Of a DNA stretch of 64,000 nt, positions 11,119 through 20,864 are shown in pieces. Location: the IMG/VR virus record IMGVR_UViG_3300008111_000001; one strand, written 5' to 3'. The notes under the pieces were generated by a model. That model had not been told where the DNA came from. It saw only the letters and a program-made list of their open reading frames with translations, and did not search any database. How positions within the stretch are numbered: the stretch's first letter is position 1; each line of letters begins with the position of its first letter. Origin of the DNA: a virus. A program made the position numbers and the translations under genes.

Positions 11119-11372
11119 TTGAGGAAATAATGGGATATAATCTGCAAAAAGATTTTGAATATGTACAAAGTAAACTGTGTGAAATAATAATTTTTATTGG
11201 TGGAGAAACTGATGTGATTTCTTCTTATAATATAAATACATTATTGCAGATGTGCGTAGATGTATATGGCCAAAATAACTACAATGACGCAGAATTGCTT
11301 AGCTTACAGCAGAGTCTTAGAAGACTTTGGTATATGTATACCGTATTAAAATGGAGATTAGAAAATGTCTGA
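11115..11372 (+). CDS. hypothetical helical protein
   Basis: 85 aa ORF overlapping both neighbours by a few nt. Confidence 0.65.
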   Translation: MIEEIMGYNLQKDFEYVQSKLCEIIIFIGGETDVISSYNINTLLQMCVDVYGQNNYNDAELLSLQQSLRRLWYMYTVLKWRLENV

Positions 11373-12072
11373 AAATTATGCTAATCCAGAAATATCTAAT
11401 ATTTATTCAAAAACCAAAAGTTTTGAGCTATCGCACGATGATTTAAGACAATCTTTTTTAAATGTTCTTGATAGCGAAATACAGACTGGGGTAGATAGAA
11501 GTAACGATGCAAGAGGTATGTCTCAGCAGCTGAACTGGCACTCTGCGGTATTGGGAAATTTATGTCACGACAACAGCTCTGGACTAGATGCTGAGTTATT
11601 TGTTAGATCTTTAGCTGAGTTTGTAACTAGGTTAAAAAATCCAAATACAGCTTTGTGTGGGACAATATGCCATCTAGTTATGGCGGAGATAAAAAAAATT
11701 GTTCCAAATATTGACTATATAAATACAGTGCACCTAGATTATTTAGAAAAATATTTGAATGAGTCTATCGATAGCAGCAATGTCATCCTAATGCAGGATA
11801 TTGAAACTTCTTCGTTAGATAAGTTTTATGATCTTATTTTTATAGACTTTGAAATATTTAGTCACGATCTGTCTTTAGTAGACAATCTTTGGGCAAAAGT
11901 AGCCCCAAATGGCTTAATGTGTTTATGGAATGTTAATGATTTTCACAAAGTCTATCAAAGAGGCACTGGGCATGCCTGGACTCAATACCTAATGTCATTA
12001 ACTGAGCGTGAAGACATGTACACTTTCCACATTCCAATTCTAACAGGATTTACGTTGGTTATTAAAAGATGA
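11365..12072 (+). CDS. putative class I SAM methyltransferase-like protein (degenerate N-terminal motif)
   Basis: DLIFID...LWAKVAPNGLMCLWN resembles the MTase motif IV-VI region; glycine motif I not clear. Confidence 0.4.
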   Translation: MSENYANPEISNIYSKTKSFELSHDDLRQSFLNVLDSEIQTGVDRSNDARGMSQQLNWHSAVLGNLCHDNSSGLDAELFVRSLAEFVTRLKNPNTALCGTICHLVMAEIKKIVPNIDYINTVHLDYLEKYLNESIDSSNVILMQDIETSSLDKFYDLIFIDFEIFSHDLSLVDNLWAKVAPNGLMCLWNVNDFHKVYQRGTGHAWTQYLMSLTEREDMYTFHIPILTGFTLVIKR

Positions 12073-13544
12073 ATCAAAAAAAAATTATAGTAGTAGGTTC
12101 AGGAACAGCTGGGCTTGTAACTGGATTAATTATTAAATCTTATTTTAAAGATTATAGTGTAATCAATATATCTTCCAGTAAACGTGGTATTATTGGAGTA
12201 GGAGAAGGCTCAACTGAGCATTGGCGCATATTTCAAGATATCATCGGCATTCATCCTCATGATATGATTAAAAATGTAGACATTACCCATAAGTATGGAA
12301 TTAGATATGAAAATTGGACAAATCATACTCCTGATTATTTTCATAGCGTTGGTGGCACTGGGGTTCATTTTGGTAGCTTTTGGGCCGGATACGCAACTGC
12401 GCTAGAGAACAATAGATTGTTAACAAACACCTATTCTTGGCGCGGAATAGTAGAAGATAAAATTATTGATCTTGGTGAAAAAACACATTATGGATCTAAT
12501 CAATATCATTTTGATACATTTAAGTTAAATGAGTATCTAATTAAATTGTCTAAAGAAAAAGGAATTATTTTTATAGACGATGATGTAATTGATGTTTTTG
12601 TATCAGAAAATGGATACATTGAAAGTGTACTTACTAAAGAAAATAATCAAAATATATCTGCAGATTTTTTCGTCGATGCAACTGGATTTCATAGGCAGGT
12701 TTTAAGCAAAATTGCCGACCAAACATTTATTCCGTATAGAAAATATTTACCGTGCGATAAGGCAATAGCCTTTCCTACAGAAGCTGATCCATCAGGAAGA
12801 ATACGTCCATATACTAGAGCACGAGCGCTAAAAAATGGTTGGATGTGGGAGATACCAACGTTAAGCCGTAGAGGAAATGGTTATGTATTTTCTTCTGATT
12901 TTTGTTCAACCGAACAAGCTATCAAAGAGGCTTCTGAAATTCATGAATTTGAAGTTACTCCAGCAAAAGTTATAGATTTTACTTCTGGATATTTTAAAGA
13001 AACATGGAAGAATAACTGTATTGCTGTCGGACTTGCTGCGGGATTTGTTGAACCATTAGAGGCTACTTCAATTTCTACAACAATTCAACAAGCAAGAGTT
13101 CTATGCTCATATCTTCCAACCTTCTCTGAGAATAGAACATATGGGATAAAAGAATATCATAGAATAATGGATTCTATTATGAATAATATTCTATGTATGA
13201 TTTCTCTGCATTATATTTCAGATAGATCAGATACAGAAATGTGGAGAGCTCAACAGTCAGCAGAAAAACCAGAATTGTTACAGCATCTTATTGAGTTGTG
13301 GAGTATACGTTGTCCGGAAACGCACGATGTGCCATCTACAGGATATGAATTATTTGGCGCACCACATTTATGGCATGTTGCTCAGGGGCAAGGTGTGCTA
13401 AAATCAGATATTGCATCAATGCAATTGGATGCTTACGGTGCTAGATCATCTGGAATTGAAAATATAAAAAATATAGCTAAAGAATTTTTATCTCATAAAT
13501 TGGTGGATCATGGTGAAGAACTCAGAAAAATTAAAAATAGTTAG
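12069..13544 (+). CDS. flavin-dependent (tryptophan-halogenase-family) halogenase
   Basis: GSGTAG FAD motif, GVGEGS, catalytic-Lys context THKYGIRYENW, GWMWEIP (WxWxIP), FVEPLEATSI. Confidence 0.92.
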   Translation: MNQKKIIVVGSGTAGLVTGLIIKSYFKDYSVINISSSKRGIIGVGEGSTEHWRIFQDIIGIHPHDMIKNVDITHKYGIRYENWTNHTPDYFHSVGGTGVHFGSFWAGYATALENNRLLTNTYSWRGIVEDKIIDLGEKTHYGSNQYHFDTFKLNEYLIKLSKEKGIIFIDDDVIDVFVSENGYIESVLTKENNQNISADFFVDATGFHRQVLSKIADQTFIPYRKYLPCDKAIAFPTEADPSGRIRPYTRARALKNGWMWEIPTLSRRGNGYVFSSDFCSTEQAIKEASEIHEFEVTPAKVIDFTSGYFKETWKNNCIAVGLAAGFVEPLEATSISTTIQQARVLCSYLPTFSENRTYGIKEYHRIMDSIMNNILCMISLHYISDRSDTEMWRAQQSAEKPELLQHLIELWSIRCPETHDVPSTGYELFGAPHLWHVAQGQGVLKSDIASMQLDAYGARSSGIENIKNIAKEFLSHKLVDHGEELRKIKNS

Positions 13545-14328
13545 TCCAAAAGTATTCAATGACATTCCAAAAATAAAAGAAGGTCAAGTATTTCTTTCTC
13601 CTCAAATCATGCAATTGATGGATGATGATTGTAGACCTTATGTCAATCTTGGTAATTGGCCAGATTGGTGGAAAGAATTAAGTGGAAGCGAGGGCAGCCT
13701 GAAGAGATGTTCTGGCACATCGGATTATCTTGCTACAGGATTTACGATCCCTTTGTGGGCTAAGGCAATGTTTAGGCCATCAGTTGATTATAAGTCGTGG
13801 GAAGCGCAATTTGATCTATCTAATGATATTGGAAATTTTGGTATAGAAAGCTTTAACTATGGACAAACGGGAGAATGTCCGGTAACAAAAGTTAGAAAAA
13901 TTGAAAAAGCTAATTATGTAAAAATAATAAATCCATGGCTAACTAAAACAGCACCAGGATGGTCAAGCCTATTCTTGCCACCATTATGGGATCCTAACCC
14001 AAACTACACAATGCTACCAGCCGTAGTGAATACTGATTACTATCATAATGCCCACATGGTTATTAATATCTTAACAGATCAACCATTTGAATTAGAAATC
14101 GGTAGACCAATGTGGCACGTAATTCCATTTAAAAGAACAAAGTCTTTAGAGGCTATTTGGGGAGATGAGTCTGCATATAACCTATTGAGATATAGGGGTT
14201 TCGGTGGGCCTTTTTCCCCAAAAAGACAAAAAAGTAAATATAAAAAACTTCAAAGAGAAATAGATGAATCTATTGTTTCTGAAAAGAAAAAACTATTAAA
14301 TAAAATTTTTAATAAAAATAGGAGTTGA
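13510..14328 (+). CDS. conserved phage hypothetical protein of oxygenase clusters
   Basis: KRC..DYL.TGF.IPLW..PW..KT.PGWS.LF.P..GRPMWHVIPFKR pattern recurrent beside phage 2OG genes (recognition only). Confidence 0.65.
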   Translation: MVKNSEKLKIVSPKVFNDIPKIKEGQVFLSPQIMQLMDDDCRPYVNLGNWPDWWKELSGSEGSLKRCSGTSDYLATGFTIPLWAKAMFRPSVDYKSWEAQFDLSNDIGNFGIESFNYGQTGECPVTKVRKIEKANYVKIINPWLTKTAPGWSSLFLPPLWDPNPNYTMLPAVVNTDYYHNAHMVINILTDQPFELEIGRPMWHVIPFKRTKSLEAIWGDESAYNLLRYRGFGGPFSPKRQKSKYKKLQREIDESIVSEKKKLLNKIFNKNRS

Positions 14329-14329
14329 A

Positions 14330-14581
14330 ATGGACTTCATATTATCTGACAATGAAAAAATGGCACTTAAGTTAAGTGCTCGTAAAAAATTAGAACTAGA
14401 AATATATTCAGCTGCTATAATGGTGGGAATAGATCCAGAGGAATTGGAGATGGTTGATGGTAAATTTACATGGACACCAGTTTTTTCCGGAAATGAAGTA
14501 ATGGGAGACTCTTGGAAAACTATTACTGAAAAACGTTTAAAGCAAGTTTTAAATGCATATGAAAAATTGATAGGTTCCTGA
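14330..14581 (+). CDS. hypothetical helical protein (paralogue of 10279-10524)
   Basis: 83 aa, AGGAG RBS, shared IDP..L motif. Confidence 0.7.
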   Translation: MDFILSDNEKMALKLSARKKLELEIYSAAIMVGIDPEELEMVDGKFTWTPVFSGNEVMGDSWKTITEKRLKQVLNAYEKLIGS

Positions 14582-14595
14582 TAATAAGGATTGAT

Positions 14596-15306
14596 ATGGA
14601 TCAAGCTAGTTTCTATTGGCCAGCTGGCACAGCTTCTGCAATAATGGTTGCAGACAATATTGTTGATAAAGAAATATGTGATTTAACTTTAAGTGAGTTA
14701 AAAAAATATTATAGTCAAGTCGCTTCACCAGGCCCAACCATTAGTGGGCTAATGCCATCTATTAAAAGTAGCATGGATATAAACTGGTCACATCAAGCGA
14801 TGGTTTGTCAAAATATTCCAACTGATAAATTGGATGCATGTGAAGTCCATATTGTTGAAAAACTATTTCTCTGCATTGCTAAGTATAGGGAGCAGTTTAG
14901 GTGGCTATGGGAATGGAATGATATATCTGATACAGGATTTAGAGTGCAAGAATACAAAAAAGGTGTTGGATACTACAGAGAGCATATAGATGGTGGTATG
15001 GGTGATAAGACTTATACCAGAGACAGAATTCTTGCTGCTATAATATATCTAAACGATGTTGAAATGGGTGGGGAAACATACTTTAGGGAGCATGAGTTGA
15101 GAGTTCCAGCAAAAGCTGGTTCGATATGTTTATTTCCAACACATTGGACATACCCGCATCAAGGATGTCTTCCAATATCAAATGACAAGTGGATCATATC
15201 AACCTTTATACAAACACAAGCTAATGATATAGTTGAGTCTCTTGATGCACAAGAGGAAAAAGAAATTGTATTATCTTCTACGAAAATGCCAAAAAATGAC
15301 AAGTAA
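14596..15306 (+). CDS. 2OG-Fe(II) oxygenase, prolyl-4-hydroxylase-like
   Basis: YYREHID..RILAAIIYLNDVEMGGETYF..KAGSICLFP..YPH..KWIISTF. Confidence 0.9.
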   Translation: MDQASFYWPAGTASAIMVADNIVDKEICDLTLSELKKYYSQVASPGPTISGLMPSIKSSMDINWSHQAMVCQNIPTDKLDACEVHIVEKLFLCIAKYREQFRWLWEWNDISDTGFRVQEYKKGVGYYREHIDGGMGDKTYTRDRILAAIIYLNDVEMGGETYFREHELRVPAKAGSICLFPTHWTYPHQGCLPISNDKWIISTFIQTQANDIVESLDAQEEKEIVLSSTKMPKNDK

Positions 15307-15946
15307 AACCGTATACGATTATTTTACTGGTAGACTATTGACAGTTAGACCAGACCCATTTGTGTTAGATAATGTATTATCTGAAGAAGATTTTAATAGT
15401 CTTAAGTATGATATTGAATTAGAAAAAAATAACTCAAACTTAAACTATGATCGCACCATGGGTAGATTCACTATTTCTGATGAAAAATTATTTCAAAAAG
15501 AAAAAGAAAAACTTACCAGCCTTGCTAGAAAAATATTTAACTCAGAAACATTAGTTCCATCATATTGTTTGTACGCTGTTTATAGAGGTCACCGGGCAAA
15601 TTTGCCTCACCACATAGATGATAATGCCTGCACATATACTATTGATTTATGCATTTCATACAAAACGCAGTGGCCCATTTATGTAAACGATATTGAGTTT
15701 AAATTAGAGCCGAATCAAGCAGTGTGCTATTATGGGGAAGATCAGTATCATTGGAGAAATAAATTTCCTGATCCAGCGAACAACGAAGTTGAAATGATTT
15801 TTTTTCATTTTATTGAACCAGATCATTGGTCAATAATAAATGGTCAAGAATATAGAAAAGAAATATTAGGCAACTGCATTCAACATCAAAAAAAGGTTCT
15901 AAAATACTTACTTAATAGCCCAAAGGTAAATAGTGATGGTAGATAA
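15233..15946 (+). CDS. 2OG-Fe(II) oxygenase family protein (likely true start 15296)
   Basis: LPHHIDDNACTYTIDLCI..WPIYV..L.PNQAV.YYG..HWR motif. Confidence 0.75.
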   Translation: MSLLMHKRKKKLYYLLRKCQKMTSKTVYDYFTGRLLTVRPDPFVLDNVLSEEDFNSLKYDIELEKNNSNLNYDRTMGRFTISDEKLFQKEKEKLTSLARKIFNSETLVPSYCLYAVYRGHRANLPHHIDDNACTYTIDLCISYKTQWPIYVNDIEFKLEPNQAVCYYGEDQYHWRNKFPDPANNEVEMIFFHFIEPDHWSIINGQEYRKEILGNCIQHQKKVLKYLLNSPKVNSDGR

Positions 15947-16235
15947 TATTAAAATATTTTTTTCTAAAGTTATAGACGCAGTAAAAGAAATGTCCAATAA
16001 ATCCTATTGGAATAAACCTAACTCTGTTGAGGCTTGGGGTTTTGCTACAAAAATAGCTATTATATTTCCTGGCTTATTATTTGGCAAACAGTGGTGGTGG
16101 TTGTATATTTTCGCCATTGCGTCAAGCCTAAGTTTAATATGGTCTTCTACTAAAAAAACCCTTCCAACAATTATTATCTTTAATCTATTATGGGTCGCCT
16201 TAGCTAGTGCAGCGATAATTAAACACTTTGTATGA
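15933..16235 (+). CDS. small multi-TM membrane protein
   Basis: three hydrophobic segments. Confidence 0.7.
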   Translation: MMVDNIKIFFSKVIDAVKEMSNKSYWNKPNSVEAWGFATKIAIIFPGLLFGKQWWWLYIFAIASSLSLIWSSTKKTLPTIIIFNLLWVALASAAIIKHFV

Positions 16236-17005
16236 TTTCAATAATAACACCTACGTATAACACAGATAAAAATGTGCTTGCCCGCACATGGGCTTCTCTA
16301 AAGGGGCAAACATTTAAGGATTGGGAGTGGGTCATTATAGATGACTCAACCAACGACAACGTTTGGCATCAAGTCTATGGTTTTGCTTCTGATGAAAGAT
16401 ACAAAATCCAGATGCACAAAAGTCATGTTCATTCTGGAAATATAGGTCGCAATAAAAGACGTGGATTCATGCTCTCAGAGGGCTCAATATTAGTTGAGCT
16501 AGATCATGACGATGAGCTAACTCCAGACGCTCTGACAGAGATTTACGAGGCGTTCCGGGCAAATCCTGAGGTTGGCTTTGTTTACTCGGACTGGTGCGAA
16601 ATACTGCCCGATGGTCAATCGGGTATTTATCCTAAAGGTTGGGCTTTTGGCTATGGTTCAGAGTACTGGTCTCAAGAGTATGGCGTTTGGGTTATGTCTT
16701 CTCCGGAAATAAATCCAACCACCATGAAGCATATTGTTTCTGCTCCCAACCACGTTAGGGCATGGAGAGCTAACGTATATCATCAGTTGGGTGGGCATAA
16801 TCCAGATTATGAAATTGCCGATGACTACGAATTAGTCGTGAGAACTTTTCTAGCCACTAATTTTTATCATATTAAGAAACTATTGTACAAACAATATACT
16901 AGTCCAGCCACAGCGCAGCGTCAAAAGAATGATCTCATACAAAAGTATGTTGCTGAGATATCAGCTAGATATTCTAGCGATATAGATAAAAAATTTGGTA
17001 TATAA
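16232..17005 (+). CDS. glycosyltransferase family 2
   Basis: ISIITPTYN..Q...DWEWVIIDD; ELDHDD (DxD); DDYEL. Confidence 0.9.
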   Translation: MISIITPTYNTDKNVLARTWASLKGQTFKDWEWVIIDDSTNDNVWHQVYGFASDERYKIQMHKSHVHSGNIGRNKRRGFMLSEGSILVELDHDDELTPDALTEIYEAFRANPEVGFVYSDWCEILPDGQSGIYPKGWAFGYGSEYWSQEYGVWVMSSPEINPTTMKHIVSAPNHVRAWRANVYHQLGGHNPDYEIADDYELVVRTFLATNFYHIKKLLYKQYTSPATAQRQKNDLIQKYVAEISARYSSDIDKKFGI

Positions 17006-17253
17006 GTTATTTTTTTTGAGAGTGCTCTTGAACAAAACGTTCAACAGCTCTATTAATTTTTTGTGTTAAATTTTCTACTGGTGTGACCATTTCTGAGCAG
17101 TCAATATCATAGTATTCCTCAGCGCTAGTAGCGTACGGATCTGAGCAGTATAGTGTACCTTGGTTCATTTTATTCCTTTTCCAAAACTAAACTTTTTTCA
17201 AAAATGAAAACGGGCCTCAAAATTTTTTTCCAAATTTACCCTATATAGGGATT

Positions 17254-17580
17254 TCAGTCCATAGGGGGTCTACGAATTTGTAGGGAACTACTGCGACCAC
17301 CCATCCCAAAAAGACCTCTTTTAGTATCTGTTCTTAAGAAGCTTGGATTGTCATAGGTTGTAGTGGATCCAAACATCCCACCTCGACCACGTGGAGTTCT
17401 TGTCATCATTGTATTGGGGCTCATGGGTGTTCTTGGCATTTTCCTGGACTGAGCTGCTGTTTGACCTAAAAAGTCGTTAATAGCGCTTCCTCCGCGACCT
17501 CCAGGTGACATAGTGTCTTGAAATGCCCCTAACATTCTCATTCCAGCTCTTGATAATCTGCTATTTCCAAAACCAGGCAT
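17254..17580 (-). CDS. basic, disordered Arg/Gly/Met-rich protein
   Basis: 108 aa low-complexity sequence with RGG motifs; AAGGAG RBS; GTTACTAT motif at 17622-17629 upstream. Confidence 0.7.
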   Translation of the reverse strand: MPGFGNSRLSRAGMRMLGAFQDTMSPGGRGGSAINDFLGQTAAQSRKMPRTPMSPNTMMTRTPRGRGGMFGSTTTYDNPSFLRTDTKRGLFGMGGRSSSLQIRRPPMD

Positions 17581-17602
17581 TTGTCTTTCTCCTTAAGTAA
17601 AA

Positions 17603-17941
17603 TTAACTTATACTATAATCTATAGTAACGACATTTCCGTCGGTAAACTTTCCTATAAAATCTATATAGTGAACGATATCGCCATCCCTATATGTTGTAT
17701 AAAAATTCAAAAATCCATGAAAATTAGCGTCTTTATACGAAGATAGCTCAATTGTTTGCTTGTCTAGCCAGCTAAATTCTTTATATAAAAGTCTTCCAGA
17801 ATCAGCTATCAAATAACTGTCTAGCATACAGTGCAGGTCTTTTGTCTGAAACTCATGACCAGGGGAAAATGATACTTTTTTATTTTCCAAGGTTATTTCT
17901 GGAAGATTATATTCTACGTATATTGAATCATACATTCCCAT
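17603..17941 (-). CDS. conserved phage hypothetical protein
   Basis: MGMYDSI..FQTKDL.C.L..Y.I...G.L..F.DG pattern. Confidence 0.75.
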   Translation of the reverse strand: MGMYDSIYVEYNLPEITLENKKVSFSPGHEFQTKDLHCMLDSYLIADSGRLLYKEFSWLDKQTIELSSYKDANFHGFLNFYTTYRDGDIVHYIDFIGKFTDGNVVTIDYSIS

Positions 17942-18092
17942 TGGGGCCCCGATCTTAGGTCTATTTTTTTTTAAAAATATATATATGTAATTATAATGCT
18001 TTTTTGTATGAATAATAAAAGTTTATTCTTTGGACATAATTAAATATGGAATAAGTATCATCATTGCTGCTAGAAAGAAACCAATTATAACA

Positions 18093-18386
18093 TCAAACAT
18101 TCTGTTCAATTCCTTTAATGTTGTTTTTAGTGTTAATTCTAGAAAATAAAAGTTTAGATTGGGAGAAAATGCAACCAAAATTGATTGGCATATCTACAAA
18201 GTCTTCACGGAAAAGAGGTCGACCTAAACGTTTTTCAAAGCAGCTAACACAAAGCATTTCAAACTTTGAAGCTACAGAACACCATATTTTATCGTGAAGC
18301 ATATAGTATTCGTTTTTGATGAAAGTATTTTCTTGACAATCTGCACAATCAAATCCTTCTAAGAAGTAATCGTCTAGATTAGTCAT
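18093..18386 (-). CDS. Zn-binding hypothetical protein
   Basis: CADC..YML...W..LCVSCFEKRLGRPL...DF. Confidence 0.7.
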   Translation of the reverse strand: MTNLDDYFLEGFDCADCQENTFIKNEYYMLHDKIWCSVASKFEMLCVSCFEKRLGRPLFREDFVDMPINFGCIFSQSKLLFSRINTKNNIKGIEQNV

Positions 18387-18660
18387 TAGTTATAGGTCCT
18401 CTACAGGTTTTTTTATTTAATTCTTTTTTGAGATCCGGAATAGTTTTTGCACGTAATTTTTGAGTGCGGAAAAGAAAAAGGTCATGTTTAGTCCATTTTC
18501 TGGTCATTATTAATATCTTCTTTAAAGACAGAGGATAATATTTTTATAAGTATTCCAGATGTAAAAAGAATAGCAAAAAATGTTAAAAACATACTAAACA
18601 AATTGGGTGCTTGCTGAGCGATCATAATACCATCCTTTACATAAAGATAGTAACATTATA

Positions 18661-18876
18661 TCACAGTGTTTGACTTTGATAGGGAATTATTTCAAACTCG
18701 TCAATTTCGGGAATAATTCCCAATATAGATCCAGAATCCCAGTTAACATGAATTGTTTCTAGGTCATCAATAAAATGTATTGTACCGCATTCGCCAGATT
18801 TGATACGAGTATATGGATCATTTATTTGAATTGCCCGAACTCTCTGGCCAACTCTCAAATTTTTCACTAAGTTCAT
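18661..18876 (-). CDS. DUF4314-like small beta protein
   Basis: G.RVR.I.I.DPY..I..G..GTI.FIDD..TIHVNWDSGS.LG.I...D. Confidence 0.75.
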   Translation of the reverse strand: MNLVKNLRVGQRVRAIQINDPYTRIKSGECGTIHFIDDLETIHVNWDSGSILGIIPEIDEFEIIPYQSQTL

Positions 18877-19033
18877 CTTGGTTTAGCAAAACCTTTAAAT
18901 TATAATAAAGTGGATGAATACCATCAAGATACTCAGGGTACATTGTCGCATACAAGGACATCGTTGTAGCCTCCTCCGGCGTTTCCGCTTCTACAACGAG
19001 TGTCCTTGTAATGCTTATTACATATTTAGTCAT
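18818..19033 (-). CDS. hypothetical protein
   Basis: 71 aa, TLVVEAETPEEA motif, GGAAG RBS, ATTACTAT motif upstream. Confidence 0.6.
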   Translation of the reverse strand: MTKYVISITRTLVVEAETPEEATTMSLYATMYPEYLDGIHPLYYNLKVLLNQDELSEKFESWPESSGNSNK

Positions 19034-19085
19034 ATATCTTCCCTAAATTAGAGATTCAAGAAAGATAGTAATGACAAACATGCGA

Positions 19086-19427
19086 TCAGCCAAGCATGAC
19101 CCAAAGATCAAACATCTTTGTATTCTCATTGTAAAGAGAAGCTGTTGAAAGGGTCAAGTTGTCTTTTTTGGCGCGGGTATAAAGAGATACACGCAAGGAG
19201 GAAAGCTGTTCTTTTGACGTAACAGGTATGTTCACATGGAACCACTGATTACGATTAGTGATAAGCTCATTATATATATTGGTGATTACCGGGTTGCGAC
19301 GGCGACCTTTACCACTATTCATGGGAGGCTCACCTTTAATTCTGGTGAGAAGCTTTGTAGGCTCGGCAATAGCAAACTTACGAGGGTTTGCTTCTATCTG
19401 AGTTTCAAGACTAGGACGAACAGGCAT
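19086..19427 (-). CDS. hypothetical basic protein
   Basis: 113 aa, AGGAG RBS. Confidence 0.7.
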   Translation of the reverse strand: MPVRPSLETQIEANPRKFAIAEPTKLLTRIKGEPPMNSGKGRRRNPVITNIYNELITNRNQWFHVNIPVTSKEQLSSLRVSLYTRAKKDNLTLSTASLYNENTKMFDLWVMLG

Positions 19428-19771
19428 TATTTTCTCCTTGTAAATTGGTTTGTTCAGATTTTTGTTTAAACAATAATGTAATTAAACTCTCTTTTTAAGA
19501 AGATCAAGAATTTCATTAAGTATTATTTTGATTTCCTTAAGGTTGTCATTAACCTGATTTAAGGGAGCTGTTGTGGAATGATAAGCAATGCTTTCTTGGC
19601 GAATTCTGTCATTTGCACGAGCTGCAGCATCCTTTTCAGCCTGTCTAAATGCGTTCATTTCTTATTGCTCCAAAAATCATCTTTGCCCAAAAAATGCTTG
19701 ATAACAAAAATATTAGCAAGCACTATTGTTGTACCGAAAAAGAATCCAGCAAAAAAACTCATTATAATCTC

Positions 19772-20494
19772 CTAATCTTTTTTCCAAGGGGCCACATCTT
19801 GATCTCCAATAACAAGCGCTTTTTCAATAACGATATCAGCTTTTGAAGAATAATAGCCTTGGCGAACAACTTTTGCTGGAGCACCATGAGGAGACCAAGA
19901 GTCATGGTAATAGTGATAAACAGAAACTTCTTCGCCTAATTCACCAATGCGCTCAATTCCAAGCTTAGTTAAGTTATGGGTTAACGTACCATAAGCTTGT
20001 TTATATATATCACTATAATCATAGCCATTATGATTATCACCAAGATCAATTCCTTGCTCAAGCTCTTGATGATGTTTAATCAACATGCGCAAAAGATCCC
20101 AACGAGCTACTTCAATTTCTGCATCTAAAGCTTTTCTGCGATGAGATATTAAATCAACAATAGTATTTTTATATTTTTCAATATCTTGTTTTTGCTGCTC
20201 TATGGTTTGAAGAGCATCTTCTAAAGCTTGAGAAAGAATAGAATTTGTTTCCATAACTTCAGCTGCATTATCAATAATAGCAGTCGTTGGATACTTGGGG
20301 AAGACCATTGCTTTGCCATCTTTAGTGCAGGCATCGGACGTGCAATATCTAAAAAGGCGTTCTGGATGAATATTTGGTTTACCGCAATAAACACATGTTA
20401 AATATGTTTCAGTCATATTATGATTTGATGGCCTCTGCGTATAAAGTATTATATTGTTTTGCGAGCTTATGTATCTCTTCTTGAGGTGCGCCAC
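19772..20494 (-). CDS. GrpE-like protein with N-terminal Zn finger (likely start 20416)
   Basis: coiled coil then LTKLGIERIGELGEE..H..G..AKVVRQGY..VIEKALV, matching the GrpE C-terminal signature; CVYC..C..C at the N-terminus. Confidence 0.6.
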   Translation of the reverse strand: MAHLKKRYISSQNNIILYTQRPSNHNMTETYLTCVYCGKPNIHPERLFRYCTSDACTKDGKAMVFPKYPTTAIIDNAAEVMETNSILSQALEDALQTIEQQKQDIEKYKNTIVDLISHRRKALDAEIEVARWDLLRMLIKHHQELEQGIDLGDNHNGYDYSDIYKQAYGTLTHNLTKLGIERIGELGEEVSVYHYYHDSWSPHGAPAKVVRQGYYSSKADIVIEKALVIGDQDVAPWKKD

Positions 20495-20615
20495 CCTCTA
20501 TTGCCATAGCTAGTTGAGATCCAAGAACACCTATTCTTTGCCATTTTTTAACTAAGAAGTCTGGAGGTATAGGTTGTGGTTTATCGTACTTTGAAGGATA
20601 TTTACTATAAGCCAA
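20418..20615 (-). CDS. hypothetical protein
   Basis: 65 aa ORF in a packed operon. Confidence 0.6.
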   Translation of the reverse strand: MAYSKYPSKYDKPQPIPPDFLVKKWQRIGVLGSQLAMAIEGGAPQEEIHKLAKQYNTLYAEAIKS

Positions 20616-20864
20616 TTAGTTATCCTCAAATATTTCTTTATATATTAAAGACATTTCGTGATCGATAACTTCTTGAGTTATAGGAGCGTCATGAAGATCT
20701 TCATACCACATAGTAAAATATCTCTCGGCTACTTGTTGCCAGCGACTAGATTCTCTTTCCCAATACTTTAAATCTTGTTGAGCGCGAGAAAGAGAAACTT
20801 GAAGATCTTGAATAATAGCATGAGACTCACTCACCAGGCTACTCCTTGAGCTACTTCTTTGCAA
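20616..20864 (-). CDS. hypothetical coiled-coil protein
   Basis: 82 aa ORF in a packed operon. Confidence 0.55.
   Translation of the reverse strand: MQRSSSRSSLVSESHAIIQDLQVSLSRAQQDLKYWERESSRWQQVAERYFTMWYEDLHDAPITQEVIDHEMSLIYKEIFEDN

Noticed and set aside
17190-17262. A/T runs and the CCCTATATAGGG palindrome at the convergent strand switch
   Set aside because: Single short palindrome with no second copy or other support; cannot distinguish it from chance or a simple terminator/promoter
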